DNA of 64,000 bases, from the NCBI GenBank assembly GCA_946628005.1, contig CAMOWA010000002.1, positions 8,733 through 72,732 on the forward strand, in the 5' to 3' direction. The position numbers and the translations under genes were made by a program. Of this stretch, positions 19,137-30,316 are shown in pieces (position 1 is the first letter of the stretch; each line of letters opens with the position of its first letter). Origin of the DNA: an uncultured Bacillales bacterium. Its GTDB lineage: Bacteria; Bacillota_I; Bacilli_A; RF39; UBA660. The notes under the pieces are model-generated. The model was not told the DNA's origin, searched no databases, and saw only the letters and a program-made list of their open reading frames with translations.

Positions 19137-20114
19137 TTAGTCTAATTTTTTTTGTAGTTCTTTTAATGTCATTAAAAACTCATTTGTCTTTTTTATTTCT
19201 GCATCTAGTTTATCATAGTCTGCTGTGTTTTCTAATTCCATGTCATTTCCTTTGTTATCTTTTTCTATTCCATATATTGGTGATATAATTGGACTGTTTT
19301 TAAATTTTTTATTTGTTTTTGTTGTTTCAAAGTCATCTAATATTACTTTTTTCTTAACTGGTTCTACTTTTTCTATTTGTGTTATTTCTTCTTTAGGTAT
19401 TGCTTTTTCTAGTTCAAATGTTTCTTCTATTGTTGATGTTTTTCCTACTCTATTTTCTAATTCTTTTAGACTGATAGGCTCATTTCCTTCATCTAAATAT
19501 TGTGTTAATTCATTTGCTTCATATAGGTCTTTACTTTTTTGTACTAATTCTTCTAAACTTATTATTGCGTTCTTTTCTTGTTGATCTTCATATTTTTCTT
19601 TAATTTTACTGTGATCAATTTCTTCTTGTTTATGTTCTTCTATTTTTTCTTCTTTTTTCTTTATTTCTTCTTTTTCTATTTCTTTTAATTTTAATTCTTC
19701 TTGTCTTTTTAACTCAGCTTTTAATTTTTCAAGTTCTAGTTTTGCAGTTTTTTGGTCTGGTTCAATAGATGTATACTCTAATTCTTCTTCTTTTTTAGTT
19801 TGATTTAAAGCATTTTGATCTATTATTATTTCTTCTCTTATAGGTTGTTTTTTTTCATCATCTTTTAACTCTTCCATTGGTATTAATACTGGTTCTTGTT
19901 TTATATCTTCTTCTTTTTGTTCTACAATAATATTTGCTTCTTCTCTTACTTCTTCTACTAATTTATTTAATTCTCTTGTATTATGTCTTAATCTTAATTT
20001 TTTATTATTTTTTTCTATTAAGTATATTATAAAACATACTAAACAAGCTAAAAAAGCTACTATATAAATAAATATTATTTGTTTTGAAGTTAAAAAATCT
20101 ACTAAATTACTCAT
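19137..20114 (-). CDS. Membrane-anchored Glu/Lys-rich coiled-coil protein
   Basis: N-terminal TM helix IIFIYIVAFLACLVCFIIYLI, a long EK-rich region, and a C-terminal SPIISPIYG motif. SD AGAGGTG upstream of ATG 20114. Confidence 0.6.
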   Translation of the reverse strand: MSNLVDFLTSKQIIFIYIVAFLACLVCFIIYLIEKNNKKLRLRHNTRELNKLVEEVREEANIIVEQKEEDIKQEPVLIPMEELKDDEKKQPIREEIIIDQNALNQTKKEEELEYTSIEPDQKTAKLELEKLKAELKRQEELKLKEIEKEEIKKKEEKIEEHKQEEIDHSKIKEKYEDQQEKNAIISLEELVQKSKDLYEANELTQYLDEGNEPISLKELENRVGKTSTIEETFELEKAIPKEEITQIEKVEPVKKKVILDDFETTKTNKKFKNSPIISPIYGIEKDNKGNDMELENTADYDKLDAEIKKTNEFLMTLKELQKKLD

Positions 20115-20269
20115 TTTGTACACCTCTATTTTTATTTTATCATATATTTTAACCCTATGATTTTAAAAATATATTAATTCTTCTTCTTTTTATATAATTT
20201 TACAAATTGTATTATATGTTCGGTTTTTAATATCCAATTCTTTATTTATTTTTATATTATCATAGTTTT

Positions 20270-21601
20270 ATGGATAAAGATAGATGCTTTTTCATAAACT
20301 TTATTATGAACAATAATTTTATAAGGTCTGTTTTTATTTTATTATTTGGTGGTTTTATTACTAAATTACTTGGTCTAGTAATTAAAATTATATTGGCTAG
20401 ATATTTACCTTCTAATACTTTTGGTCTATATATGCTAATTTTACCTACTTTTTTATTTTGCATTAGTTTTAGTCAGTTTGGGCTTCCTATCGCTATTTCT
20501 AAACTTGTTGCGGAAGAAAAACGTCGTAGTAAAAAAATATTTATTTCTATTTTACCGGTTTTTATTATTGTACATTTTATTATGTTTATAATTATTTTTT
20601 TCTCTTCTAAATTTATTAGCACTTCTCTTTTACATAGTCCTGATACTTATCTTTCTATCAAATCTATTAGTTTTGTTATATTATTTACTTCTATTTCTAG
20701 TTTTTGTAGAAGTTATTTTTTTGGTAAAGGTAAAATGCTTCCTCATGTATTGTCTAATATTTGTGAAGATTTTATTCGATTACTTTTATATTTATTTATT
20801 CTTCCTAAACTTAAACTTTTATCTTCTAAATATCTTCTTTTATTTTTAATTCTTTCAAATATTATATCTGAAGCTATATCTACTTTTGTTTTATTATTGT
20901 TTTTACCTAGAAAAGTACATTTTTCTAGAAAAGATATTTTTATTGATTTTAGTATATTAAAAGATTGTTTGGACATAAGTATTCCAAATATTACTAGTAG
21001 TTTTATTGGAAATCTTACTTATTTTTTAGAACCTATTATTCTTATGCATTTTTTATTACTATCTGGATATACATCTTCTTTTATTACTTCAGAATATGGT
21101 GTTTTGTCTGGATATGTTCTTCCCTTACTTCTTCTTCCTTCTTTTTTTACTTCGGCAATTTCTCAAGCCATTTTTCCTAAACTTACTAAGTGTTGTAGAA
21201 ATTATCAATTTCATGAATTTAAAAAGAAATTTAAAATAGCTTTTCTTTTCTCATTATTATTAGTATTGCCTATTTTTATATTGTTTGAGTTTTATCCTTC
21301 TTTTTTTCTTTTTTTTATTTATCATACTAATAAGGGAATTAATTATTTAAAAATATTAGCTCCCGTATTTATATTTTTATATTTAAATTCTCTTTTTTCA
21401 ATTTCATTAGAATCGCTTAGTTTAAGTAAGTATAATTTTTTTTCTACTTTTATCTCTTCTTTATTAAGAATTGTTTTTCTTATTGGATTTTCTTTCTTTA
21501 GAATTGGTATTTATAGTTATATTTTATCTTTAATTGTAAGTATTTTATCTAATTTTTTATTTTCTTCTTATATTCTTTTTAAGCATTTAAAAAATATTTA
21601 A
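20270..21601 (+). CDS. MOP-superfamily flippase (SpoVB/polysaccharide biosynthesis protein-like)
   Basis: Polytopic membrane protein. N-terminal signature GGFITKLLGLVIKIILARYLPSNTFGLYMLILP...GLPIAISKLVAEE. The start may be ATG 20306. Confidence 0.7.
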   Translation: MDKDRCFFINFIMNNNFIRSVFILLFGGFITKLLGLVIKIILARYLPSNTFGLYMLILPTFLFCISFSQFGLPIAISKLVAEEKRRSKKIFISILPVFIIVHFIMFIIIFFSSKFISTSLLHSPDTYLSIKSISFVILFTSISSFCRSYFFGKGKMLPHVLSNICEDFIRLLLYLFILPKLKLLSSKYLLLFLILSNIISEAISTFVLLLFLPRKVHFSRKDIFIDFSILKDCLDISIPNITSSFIGNLTYFLEPIILMHFLLLSGYTSSFITSEYGVLSGYVLPLLLLPSFFTSAISQAIFPKLTKCCRNYQFHEFKKKFKIAFLFSLLLVLPIFILFEFYPSFFLFFIYHTNKGINYLKILAPVFIFLYLNSLFSISLESLSLSKYNFFSTFISSLLRIVFLIGFSFFRIGIYSYILSLIVSILSNFLFSSYILFKHLKNI

Positions 21602-21653
21602 TTTTCATTTAACTTTCATATTTATTGTATAATATAGATATTGGAGGAATTAT

Positions 21654-22322
21654 ATGAAAATATTGGTTGTTGATGATGAAGAAAAAATACGTCTTATAAT
21701 TAGAGAGTATTTAGAAAATAATGGTTATTATGTAGATGAAGCTGAAAGTGGGATGGATGCTTTGGATAAATTAAAAATACATACTTATGATTTATGTATT
21801 TTAGATATTATGATGCCCAAAATGGATGGTTTTACTATGTTAAAAGAATGCCCTAAAGATAAAAGAGTCCCTACTATTGTTTTATCTGCTAGAGGTGATG
21901 AGTATGATAAATTATCTGGTTTTGATTTAGGAATTGACGATTATGTTACGAAACCATTCTCTCCTAAAGAATTAGTTGCTAGAGTTAAAGCAGTTCTTCA
22001 TAGAAGTAAAAATGAATTATTTGATATTTACGAATATAATGATTTAGTAATTAATTATTCTTCTCATATTGTTAAGCTTCATAATAAAGCTCTTAATTTA
22101 ACTCCAAAAGAGTTTGATATATTGTCTTTTTTAGTTCAAAATAAAAATATAGCAATCTCTCGTGAACAGTTACTTTCTAATCTTTGGGGATATGATTTTT
22201 TTGGTGATGATCGTACTGTTGATGCTCATATTAAGATGCTTCGTAATAATTTAGCAGATTATCGAGATCATATTATTACAGTAAGAGGAGTTGGCTATAA
22301 GTATGTTGAAGATGAAGAATAG
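21654..22322 (+). CDS. OmpR-family response regulator
   Basis: REC domain (VVDDEE, DIMMPKMDG, KPF) plus a winged-helix domain (LTPKEFDIL, RGVGYKY). Confidence 0.9.
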   Translation: MKILVVDDEEKIRLIIREYLENNGYYVDEAESGMDALDKLKIHTYDLCILDIMMPKMDGFTMLKECPKDKRVPTIVLSARGDEYDKLSGFDLGIDDYVTKPFSPKELVARVKAVLHRSKNELFDIYEYNDLVINYSSHIVKLHNKALNLTPKEFDILSFLVQNKNIAISREQLLSNLWGYDFFGDDRTVDAHIKMLRNNLADYRDHIITVRGVGYKYVEDEE

Positions 22323-23691
22323 TTTAAAATATACTTTATTAAAATATTTTCTTTTCTTTTCTATTACTATTTTAAGTTTTTTATGGATTTTACAGACTAT
22401 TTTATTTCCATCTTTTTATAAAGAACAAAAAATGAATGATGTTTATTATGTATCTTCTAAATTAAAGAATTATAAAAACAATTCTAATTTCTATCAAGAA
22501 ATATCTTCTTTAGCAATTGATAAAGGTGTTTGTATTGAAATTAATAATAATAATTATGACCTACTCTATCAGTCTAATTATATGGGTAAAGGTTGTATTT
22601 ATAATAAGGAGACTACCTATTCTTATAAATTTGATTTTATTACTAATAATAAAGTTGATGAGAAATATTTTATTAAAAACAATAAATATAAAAATGAAGC
22701 CTTTATTTATGCTTTACGATTAAATAATGGAGAATATGCTTTTATTAATACTTCTATTGAACCTATTGATGGTACTGTGTTTCTTATTCGTAAAGAACTT
22801 ATTGTTATAACAATTATTGTGTTAATTTTATCTTATATTATGGCATATTATTTATCTAATCATATATCTAAACCTATTAAGAATATGAATGATAAAGCTA
22901 GAATTCTTGCTACTGGTAATTTTGATGTTGAGTTTTTAGATAATAGTAAAATTTTAGAGATTGAAGAATTATCTCAAAGCCTTAATTATGCTAAGAATGA
23001 ATTAAATAGTATGGATGAGATGAAAAGAGATTTACTTGCTAATGTATCTCATGATTTAAAAACTCCTCTTACTTTAATAAAAGGTACTGCAGAAATGTTA
23101 GAAGATTTGCATAAAGATAATCCTAAAAAAAGATCTAGTGATGTTCAAACTATTACGGAGGAAGTTGATCGCTTAACGAACCTTGTTAATGATATTCTAG
23201 ATTTATCTAGGATGAATTCTATTCAAGAAAAATTATTTTTAGAAGATTTTGATTTAGTTAATTTAATTCAAAGTATATTAAAAAGATATGATGTATTAAA
23301 AGAAACAGAAAAGTATGAATTTATTTTTCATTATCCAAAAGATTCTATTATTATTCATGCTGATAAAAAAAAGATGGAACAAGTTATCTATAATTTAGTA
23401 AATAATGCTATTCAATATACTGGTGATGATAATACTATTTATATTGATATTATTATAGATAAAGATATTATTGTAAAAATACGAGATACTGGTAAAGGAA
23501 TAGATGATAAAGAAATACCTTTTATTTGGGATAAGTATTATAAAAATAAAAAGAAACATAAGAGAAATTTAGTAGGAACAGGACTTGGTTTAAGTATTGT
23601 AAAAAAAATACTTGATCAACATCATTTCTCTTATGGTGTAGAGTCTATTAAGAATCAAGGTACAACATTTTATTTTTCTATTACAAAGTGA
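22303..23691 (+). CDS. Sensor histidine kinase (two TM helices, HisKA + HATPase)
   Basis: H-box SHDLKTPLT, N-box NLVNNAIQYT, G-boxes RDTGKGI and GTGLGLSIV. The start is uncertain (22291 TTG, 22303 or 22312 ATG). Confidence 0.88.
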   Translation: MLKMKNSLKYTLLKYFLFFSITILSFLWILQTILFPSFYKEQKMNDVYYVSSKLKNYKNNSNFYQEISSLAIDKGVCIEINNNNYDLLYQSNYMGKGCIYNKETTYSYKFDFITNNKVDEKYFIKNNKYKNEAFIYALRLNNGEYAFINTSIEPIDGTVFLIRKELIVITIIVLILSYIMAYYLSNHISKPIKNMNDKARILATGNFDVEFLDNSKILEIEELSQSLNYAKNELNSMDEMKRDLLANVSHDLKTPLTLIKGTAEMLEDLHKDNPKKRSSDVQTITEEVDRLTNLVNDILDLSRMNSIQEKLFLEDFDLVNLIQSILKRYDVLKETEKYEFIFHYPKDSIIIHADKKKMEQVIYNLVNNAIQYTGDDNTIYIDIIIDKDIIVKIRDTGKGIDDKEIPFIWDKYYKNKKKHKRNLVGTGLGLSIVKKILDQHHFSYGVESIKNQGTTFYFSITK

Positions 23692-23730
23692 CTATTATAG
23701 TTGCTTTTTTTGGTGTTTCTATTTTTATTA

Positions 23731-23760
23731 TAAAAAAAGAATGTTTATTATTACATTCTT
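23731..23760 (-). terminator. Rho-independent terminator after helD
   Basis: AAGAATGT (23737-23744) pairs with ACATTCTT (23753-23760). A T-run follows on the minus strand. Confidence 0.6.
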
Positions 23761-25791
23761 CTAATTATATATATATAGTTCATGTTGACATCTTGTACAA
23801 GCTACATATAAAAGATTTCTTTCATCTTTTTTGTAAGTGTTTTTTCTATCATTATAGATTATTACACTATCAAATTCTAATCCTTTTGATAGGTATGCTG
23901 GTATAATTATACATTCTTTATGAAAACCTTTTGTATTTGCTTCTACTAAATCAATATCAGTTTCATCTTTTAATAAATCATATAGCTCATTTGCTTCTTT
24001 TATATCTTTTGTAATTAATGCAGTACTTTTATATATACTTTGTAAATGATTTAAGTCTTCAATTAATCTTTCTTTTAAATCAAGTACTCCTTTTCTAATG
24101 ATTACAGGTTTATTTGTTTTTCTTCTTATAGCATTTACATGATTTAAATTTAATATTTTATTTGTATAATCTATTATTTCTGGAGATGAACGATATGTTT
24201 TTAATAATTCTATATATTTTGTATCATTTTTAAATAATTCTTTTAATTTATCTAGTGAATCATAATGGTAATATGGGTTAATATTTTGATTAATATCTCC
24301 TAGTATTGTATAGTCTGCTTTTTTAAATATTTGAGTTATTATATAATATTGCATTTTATTATAGTCTTGGGCTTCATCTATTACTACTTGTTTAATTGTT
24401 CCTTCATATATAAAACCTTCTAGTTTCCCTTTTATATAAGCATATATTAGTGCATCTTCATAGTTTATTTTTTCACTTGAAAAATATTTTTCTACTGACT
24501 TTTCATCTAATTGAAATTTACTATATTTACTATTAAAAAATTTCTTTAGTATTTTTAGATAATTTTTTTCAAAATTACTATTTTTATATAATAATTTTAT
24601 ATAGGTTTTTTGTTTAGTAGTTTTTCCTTTATAAAAATTAGAACATAGTTTTAAAGCAATTTCTTCTACTCTTTCAAATAATGGTAGTCTATCATATTTA
24701 TGATGTAACATATTATTTATTTCATTTTTATCTATATAGTTTTTTTCTCCTTCTTTAAATGATTTTGTAAAGTAACAGTTATTTATATATTCATCTAAAA
24801 AGTTATTGATATCAGTCATTATTTGATCACTTTGTTTATATTCTACTAATTCTGGGAAGGTTTCTTTATAAGAGTAATATCTTGATACAAAGTCTGTAAA
24901 ACTTTCTACTTGACTATATTCTGTTAGAAAGCTTTCTAGATAGTCAGCAAATGTTGTTTGTAGAGTATTTGCTTCTCCAAGAGATGGTAATACATCAGAT
25001 ATATAGTCTGCAAAAATATTGTTTGGAGAAAATATTAAAATATTATTACTATTTAAGTTTTTTAACCGATATAATAAAAAGGCTATTCTATGTAAGGCTA
25101 CTGTTGTTTTTCCTGATCCTGCAATTCCTTGTACTATTAAATTATTATCTTCCAAGTTTCTAATTACTTTATTTTGTTCTTGTTGAATTGTATTAACTAC
25201 ATTTTTCATTTTCTCACTTGATTCTGTTGCGAGAACTTCTTGTAATACATCGTCATTTATATTTAGTGAGTTGTCAAATACTCCTATCAATTTTTTATCT
25301 TCTATTTTATACTGTCTTTTTCTTTTTAATTCTCCACTATATGTTCCCCCTGGGGCTTGATAACTACATGGACCTGTTTCATAATCATAAAAGAGACTAC
25401 ATATTGGACTTCTCCAATCATATAAGATGTTATTTTCATCTATGTCTTTTAAGTATGTAAGTGACATGTATATATTAAATATAGTGCCTTCATCATCTTT
25501 AAATACAATACTAGCAAAATATGGTTTTTTTTCTATACTTTTTAATTTTCTAAAGTATTTTTGTTTTTCCAAATAGCGATTTTCTTCTTTTGATGTTTGT
25601 AACATTACTTGTTGCTCTTCTCCACTATCAAAACTATTAGCATTTTCCCACATCATCTTTTTAAATTCAATTAGATCATCTTCTCCTTGATATACATCTT
25701 TTCCTAATTCTTCTAACCTTTTTCCAAGGAGAATGTTTACTTTTTTTAAGATTGTTTGTTCTTTTTTTAATTCTTTTTCACTAATTGCCAT
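23761..25791 (-). CDS. helD: HelD-type (helicase IV-like) UvrD-family ATPase
   Basis: GIAGSGKTTVALHRIAFLLY, VIDEAQDY, C-terminal GLEFDSVII...LLYVACTRCQHELYIY; 676 aa. Confidence 0.8.
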   Translation of the reverse strand: MAISEKELKKEQTILKKVNILLGKRLEELGKDVYQGEDDLIEFKKMMWENANSFDSGEEQQVMLQTSKEENRYLEKQKYFRKLKSIEKKPYFASIVFKDDEGTIFNIYMSLTYLKDIDENNILYDWRSPICSLFYDYETGPCSYQAPGGTYSGELKRKRQYKIEDKKLIGVFDNSLNINDDVLQEVLATESSEKMKNVVNTIQQEQNKVIRNLEDNNLIVQGIAGSGKTTVALHRIAFLLYRLKNLNSNNILIFSPNNIFADYISDVLPSLGEANTLQTTFADYLESFLTEYSQVESFTDFVSRYYSYKETFPELVEYKQSDQIMTDINNFLDEYINNCYFTKSFKEGEKNYIDKNEINNMLHHKYDRLPLFERVEEIALKLCSNFYKGKTTKQKTYIKLLYKNSNFEKNYLKILKKFFNSKYSKFQLDEKSVEKYFSSEKINYEDALIYAYIKGKLEGFIYEGTIKQVVIDEAQDYNKMQYYIITQIFKKADYTILGDINQNINPYYHYDSLDKLKELFKNDTKYIELLKTYRSSPEIIDYTNKILNLNHVNAIRRKTNKPVIIRKGVLDLKERLIEDLNHLQSIYKSTALITKDIKEANELYDLLKDETDIDLVEANTKGFHKECIIIPAYLSKGLEFDSVIIYNDRKNTYKKDERNLLYVACTRCQHELYIYN

Positions 25792-25895
25792 TTTTATCAT
25801 CCTATCTTAATCGTACATTACAAATATATCATAAATGAAAAATTTAACTAGTAATTAGGACAAAATTTTACATTATATTTTTTCTATTTTACAAT

Positions 25896-25920
25896 GAAAA
25901 ACATCTCATATGAGATGTTT
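25896..25920 (-). terminator. Rho-independent terminator after the PMM/PGM gene
   Basis: Perfect palindrome AAACATCTCATATGAGATGTTT (25899-25920). TTTTTC follows on the minus strand. Confidence 0.7.
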
Positions 25921-25924
25921 ACAG

Positions 25925-27316
25925 TTATTTAATGTAGTTTTCTAAATATAATTTTAAGATATTAGTAAATTCATTTTGAATTTCTTGTAGTCTTTCTTCT
26001 GTTTTAGCTTCAAATCTTACTGTTATGTTTGGTCCTGTATTGGAACATCTAATTAGTGCCCATCCATCTTCAAATTCTACTCTAGCTCCATCTATATCAT
26101 TGTATTTATAACCTTTTTCTTTTATATAATCAATTACTTTATCTACTATTTTAAATTTTGTGTCATCTGTTGCTTTAAATTTTATTTCTTCTGTTGAATA
26201 ATAATGATTGATTCCTTCTAATAGTTCTTCTATGTCTTTATCTGTTTTTGATAGTATTTCTAATAATCTTGCTCCAGCATACATTCCACTGTCAAAACCT
26301 GGCCATTTGTCTCTAAAATAGACATGTCCACTTAATTCTCCACCAAATGGTAAATCTTCTTCTCTTACTTTTGCTTTTGTATATGAGTTCCCTGTACGAT
26401 AGCAAATTCCTTTTGCACCTAGTTTTTCTATTTCATCACTTAGTGCTTTTGAACATTTTACATCATATAAGAATTCTTTTTTTTCTACTTTATTAACTAA
26501 ATCTCTTATAATTAATATCATATAAATATCTGTTGGAATAAATTTTCCTGTTTTTGTTACTACTCCTAATCTATCTCCATCTCCATCAAATGATATTCCA
26601 ACATCGGCATGAGTTTCTACTACTCTTTTTTTTAGCTGCTCAAGATTACTTTCAACACATGGGTCTGGGTGATGATTAGGAAATGAACCATCACTTTCTT
26701 CATTTATGATGTCTAATTCTATTGGGAATTTTTCATATATTCTTCTACAAAATGGTGATGTTGTTCCATTAGCAGGATCTACAACAACTTTTAGTTTTTT
26801 GGGACCAAAATCTACACTTTTTTCAAATAATTTTTCATATTCTTCTTGAATGTTATATGTTGTTACTTTTCCTTCTCCTTCTAAGAAATTTCCTTCTAAT
26901 ATTTCTTTTAGAAAATCTTGTATTTCTTTTCCTTTACAATTTCCTGACTCATCAAAAGCAAATTTCATTCCATTATCATCTTTTGGATTGTGAGAAGCTG
27001 TTACCATTACTCCACTTGGTGTTTTTAAATATATGCATGCATAGTAATACATTGGAGTTGTACATAGTCCTAGAGATATAATATCTACTCCAGTTTCTGT
27101 TATTCCTTTTATTAAAGCTTCATATAATGCTGGAGAAGATAATCTATTGTCATGACCAACTATACATTTATTATATCCATTTTTTTTAATATGAGTTCCA
27201 AATCCTAAACCAAATGTATAAGCAGTGTCACAATCTAGTTCTGTTGGATATATTCCTCTTACATCGTATCCTCTAAATATATTTTTATTTATATTTTGTT
27301 TTATTTTATAATCCAT
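25925..27316 (-). CDS. Phosphomannomutase/phosphoglucomutase family enzyme
   Basis: FRGYDVRG, active-site TASHNPKDDNG, metal loop DGDGDR, GELSGH; 463 aa. Confidence 0.85.
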   Translation of the reverse strand: MDYKIKQNINKNIFRGYDVRGIYPTELDCDTAYTFGLGFGTHIKKNGYNKCIVGHDNRLSSPALYEALIKGITETGVDIISLGLCTTPMYYYACIYLKTPSGVMVTASHNPKDDNGMKFAFDESGNCKGKEIQDFLKEILEGNFLEGEGKVTTYNIQEEYEKLFEKSVDFGPKKLKVVVDPANGTTSPFCRRIYEKFPIELDIINEESDGSFPNHHPDPCVESNLEQLKKRVVETHADVGISFDGDGDRLGVVTKTGKFIPTDIYMILIIRDLVNKVEKKEFLYDVKCSKALSDEIEKLGAKGICYRTGNSYTKAKVREEDLPFGGELSGHVYFRDKWPGFDSGMYAGARLLEILSKTDKDIEELLEGINHYYSTEEIKFKATDDTKFKIVDKVIDYIKEKGYKYNDIDGARVEFEDGWALIRCSNTGPNITVRFEAKTEERLQEIQNEFTNILKLYLENYIK

Positions 27317-27373
27317 TTTTACCTCCTATTTTTTTAATAATAGCATATTTTCTATTAAAAAAAAAGAAGCCTA

Positions 27374-28090
27374 TTACTTCTTTCTATTCCATAGTCTCTT
27401 TTTTTTCTTTTTATTAATTATAAAGTCTTCTACTTTTATATAATTTTTATAATTTAAAAAATTAGGAAATGCATAGAATAGTCTTCTATAAAATAAACTA
27501 TATTTTTGTATTTGTTCAATTACTTCTTTTCTAACAATAGCAGTTGAGTCTTTTGATGTATATTTTTTTGTATTAATTTTTAATTTTGAAATAGTATAGG
27601 TTGATATTATAAAGTCTGATATTAAAATTATAAATAATATTATTCCTATTACTATTATTTGTTTTTTTGTTAGAAAACTTAGTAAATATACTAAAAATGG
27701 TTGAATGAAACATACTATTATTATTCCAAATATTCCAAAGGCTACTCCTGTTTCTAAGGATATTCTTCCATTTAAATTCATTTTCCTTTTAGAATAATCC
27801 CACCATCTTAGTTTAAATATTTTTTCTAGTACTAAGCTTGTTATATACTCTAATGTACAGGAATAAGCTACACTTAATACAAATAAATTTACAATATCAT
27901 TTTTATATTTTGAAAGAAATAGCGCACCACCAAGCCCCCCACATCCAAATATTGGAAGATAGGGTCCTATTAAATATCCTCTGCTCAACGTTAATTTTTT
28001 TTCGGTTATGGATACTGATATAATTTCAATTATATATCCCATTACAGAGTATATAAAAAATAATATTACGTTATAGAAAAACTCTGTCAT
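27374..28090 (-). CDS. Polytopic membrane protein (CmpB-like putative type IV ABC-transporter permease family)
   Basis: N-terminal FFIYSVMGYIIEII signature and multiple TM helices. Confidence 0.5.
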   Translation of the reverse strand: MTEFFYNVILFFIYSVMGYIIEIISVSITEKKLTLSRGYLIGPYLPIFGCGGLGGALFLSKYKNDIVNLFVLSVAYSCTLEYITSLVLEKIFKLRWWDYSKRKMNLNGRISLETGVAFGIFGIIIVCFIQPFLVYLLSFLTKKQIIVIGIILFIILISDFIISTYTISKLKINTKKYTSKDSTAIVRKEVIEQIQKYSLFYRRLFYAFPNFLNYKNYIKVEDFIINKKKKKRLWNRKK

Positions 28091-28102
28091 ATAATTCTCC
28101 TT

Positions 28103-28615
28103 TTATATAAAAATTTTTAAAAAGCCAAAGGATATTAACATCATTATAATACTTGCCATTAATACTCCTAAAATGGCCGCAATAAAAGCTTTTTTTCTAT
28201 CCATTTCTAGAACTGCTGCGATTAGACATCCTGTCCATGCTCCTGTTCCTGGAAGTGGAATTCCTACAAATAGAACAAGACCCCAAAAGCCATATTTTTC
28301 TATTTGATCTTTGTGTTTCATAATTTTTTTATCTAACCATTTTACAATTTTATTAAGTTTTTTTCTTTTTCTCATCCAATTTAGTATACTATTTATAAAC
28401 CATAGTATAAAGGGAATAGGAATAATGTTTCCTATGACTGCTATAATATAACTTTCTATGGGATTTAGATTAAGAAGTGATGCGGCTAAAAGACCTCCTC
28501 TTAACTCAAGTATTGGCATTAGTGATATGATAAATACTATTAGTTCTTTTCCAAAAGGTATCACTTTTAGACTACTAAATAATGATAAGATAAATGCAAC
28601 TATTTTTTCTACCAT
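28103..28615 (-). CDS. Small multidrug-export-like membrane protein (COG2426 type)
   Basis: 170 aa, 4-5 TM helices, PILELRGG motif. Confidence 0.5.
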   Translation of the reverse strand: MVEKIVAFILSLFSSLKVIPFGKELIVFIISLMPILELRGGLLAASLLNLNPIESYIIAVIGNIIPIPFILWFINSILNWMRKRKKLNKIVKWLDKKIMKHKDQIEKYGFWGLVLFVGIPLPGTGAWTGCLIAAVLEMDRKKAFIAAILGVLMASIIMMLISFGFLKIFI

Positions 28616-28622
28616 ATGACAC

Positions 28623-30239
28623 CTAACTTTCTAATATTTCCATGATTAATGGAACAACGTGTTTTTTTCTTGATAAACAGTTTTCTATAAAGGATCCTTC
28701 ATGTATATTTTCATTATATGCTAATTTTATAATATTTTCCCCTTTTTCATTATAAATAATATAACTTCCATTTTTTATAATATCTGTTACATATAGTGCT
28801 ACTAAAACAAAATTATTTGATTCGGCTACTTTATTTAATACTTCTATATATGAGTCTATGTCTTTTGCTATTTCATCAAAGTTCATTGTAAAGAATTGTC
28901 CGATTGCAAAATTCTTTTCATTTATTGTAAATATTTTGTAATCATTATAAAGTACATCTTCTTTCGACATTCCTTTTAATGATGTTCCTGATTTTAGTAG
29001 ATTCATTCCATATTCTTGGTAGTCTACTTCAGCTATTTCTGATAAGTATTTTACTGCTTCTTTGTCTTTTTCTGTTGTTGTTGGACTTTTTAATACTAAT
29101 GTATCTGAAAGAATTCCTGATAGTAGAACTCCTGCTATTTGTTTTGGAATAGTGATTTGTCTTTCTAAATATAATAAGTATACTATTGTACAAGTTGAAC
29201 CTACGGACATATTTCTAAAATTTATAGGATTATTTGTAGTGATACTTCCTAAATTATGATGATCAATTATTTCAACAATTTCTGCTTCTTCTATTCCTTC
29301 TATACTTTGTAATTTTTCATTATGGTCTACTAATATTACTTTTTTAGGAGTTTTTGAACTTAAATCTGTTACTTTTAATAATCCTAAACATTTATTGTTT
29401 TTGTCTATTACTGGATAATTTGTATGTTTTAATCTATTATTTAAGTCTATTACATCTGATACAAAGTCTGTTTCTAAAAAACAATTAGGTTTTACTATTC
29501 TTATCATTGTTTTAATATAGTTACTTAAACATATTAATCTAGATACATGGTAGGTATCATATGGAGTTCTTATTATATTTACATGATTCATTTTAGCTAG
29601 TTGTATATGTTCTTCTTTTATATAAGAGTCTCCTGATAGTATAATTAGTTTTACTGATGAATTAATGGAGTATTCTATTACACTATGTCTATCTCCTACT
29701 ATTACTATATCATTTGGAGTTAATTCTACATTATCAATAAATGTAGTACTTCTAAATGCTACTACAAGTAGTTTTCCTATTATTTCTTCATCTGATTGAT
29801 TTATAATTTCTCCTTTTAATACATGTAATATATTATTATATGATGTATATAGGTTTTCTATATTTTCATTAACTAGTATTTGACTTAAGTCTTTTAATGT
29901 TATCATCCCTGCAAAAGTATTATTTTCCTTTGTTATTGGTAAGGCTGTTAGTTCTTCTTTTAACATATATTGATATCCATCATAAATACTTGCTGTTTCT
30001 TTTATATGAAAATTTTTATGATAATCTACATCTTTTACTTGTAGTTTTACATCATTTAAGTATTTTGGTGGTTTTATATGAAAATAATTTAATGCATACT
30101 GCGATTCTTTATTAATTGTTCCTAGTACTCTAGCCTCTGTATTATCCCCTAATTGATTCTTTAAAAAAGAAAGACCTATTGCGGACATTACTGAGTCTGA
30201 GTCTGGTTTTTTATGACCAAATATATATGTTTTTTTCAT
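28623..30239 (-). CDS. ppaC: Family II (Mn-dependent) inorganic pyrophosphatase with CBS-domain insertion
   Basis: DHH motifs GHKKPDSDS, VDHNE and IIDHHNLG, plus DHHA2 GILSDTL. A roughly 250 aa insert between DHH motifs is typical of CBS-PPases. Confidence 0.85.
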   Translation of the reverse strand: MKKTYIFGHKKPDSDSVMSAIGLSFLKNQLGDNTEARVLGTINKESQYALNYFHIKPPKYLNDVKLQVKDVDYHKNFHIKETASIYDGYQYMLKEELTALPITKENNTFAGMITLKDLSQILVNENIENLYTSYNNILHVLKGEIINQSDEEIIGKLLVVAFRSTTFIDNVELTPNDIVIVGDRHSVIEYSINSSVKLIILSGDSYIKEEHIQLAKMNHVNIIRTPYDTYHVSRLICLSNYIKTMIRIVKPNCFLETDFVSDVIDLNNRLKHTNYPVIDKNNKCLGLLKVTDLSSKTPKKVILVDHNEKLQSIEGIEEAEIVEIIDHHNLGSITTNNPINFRNMSVGSTCTIVYLLYLERQITIPKQIAGVLLSGILSDTLVLKSPTTTEKDKEAVKYLSEIAEVDYQEYGMNLLKSGTSLKGMSKEDVLYNDYKIFTINEKNFAIGQFFTMNFDEIAKDIDSYIEVLNKVAESNNFVLVALYVTDIIKNGSYIIYNEKGENIIKLAYNENIHEGSFIENCLSRKKHVVPLIMEILES

Positions 30240-30316
30240 TTTCTACCTCTTTCTTTTTGTTAAGTATAACATAAATAATATATAATTAAAAGAGAAGAAA
30301 AATTCTCTTATAATTA

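Noticed and set aside
20260-20463. 67 aa minus-strand ORF overlapping the 5' end of the flippase gene
   Set aside because: It is antisense to the conserved SpoVB-like N-terminus, has no SD and is a K/I-rich shadow translation.
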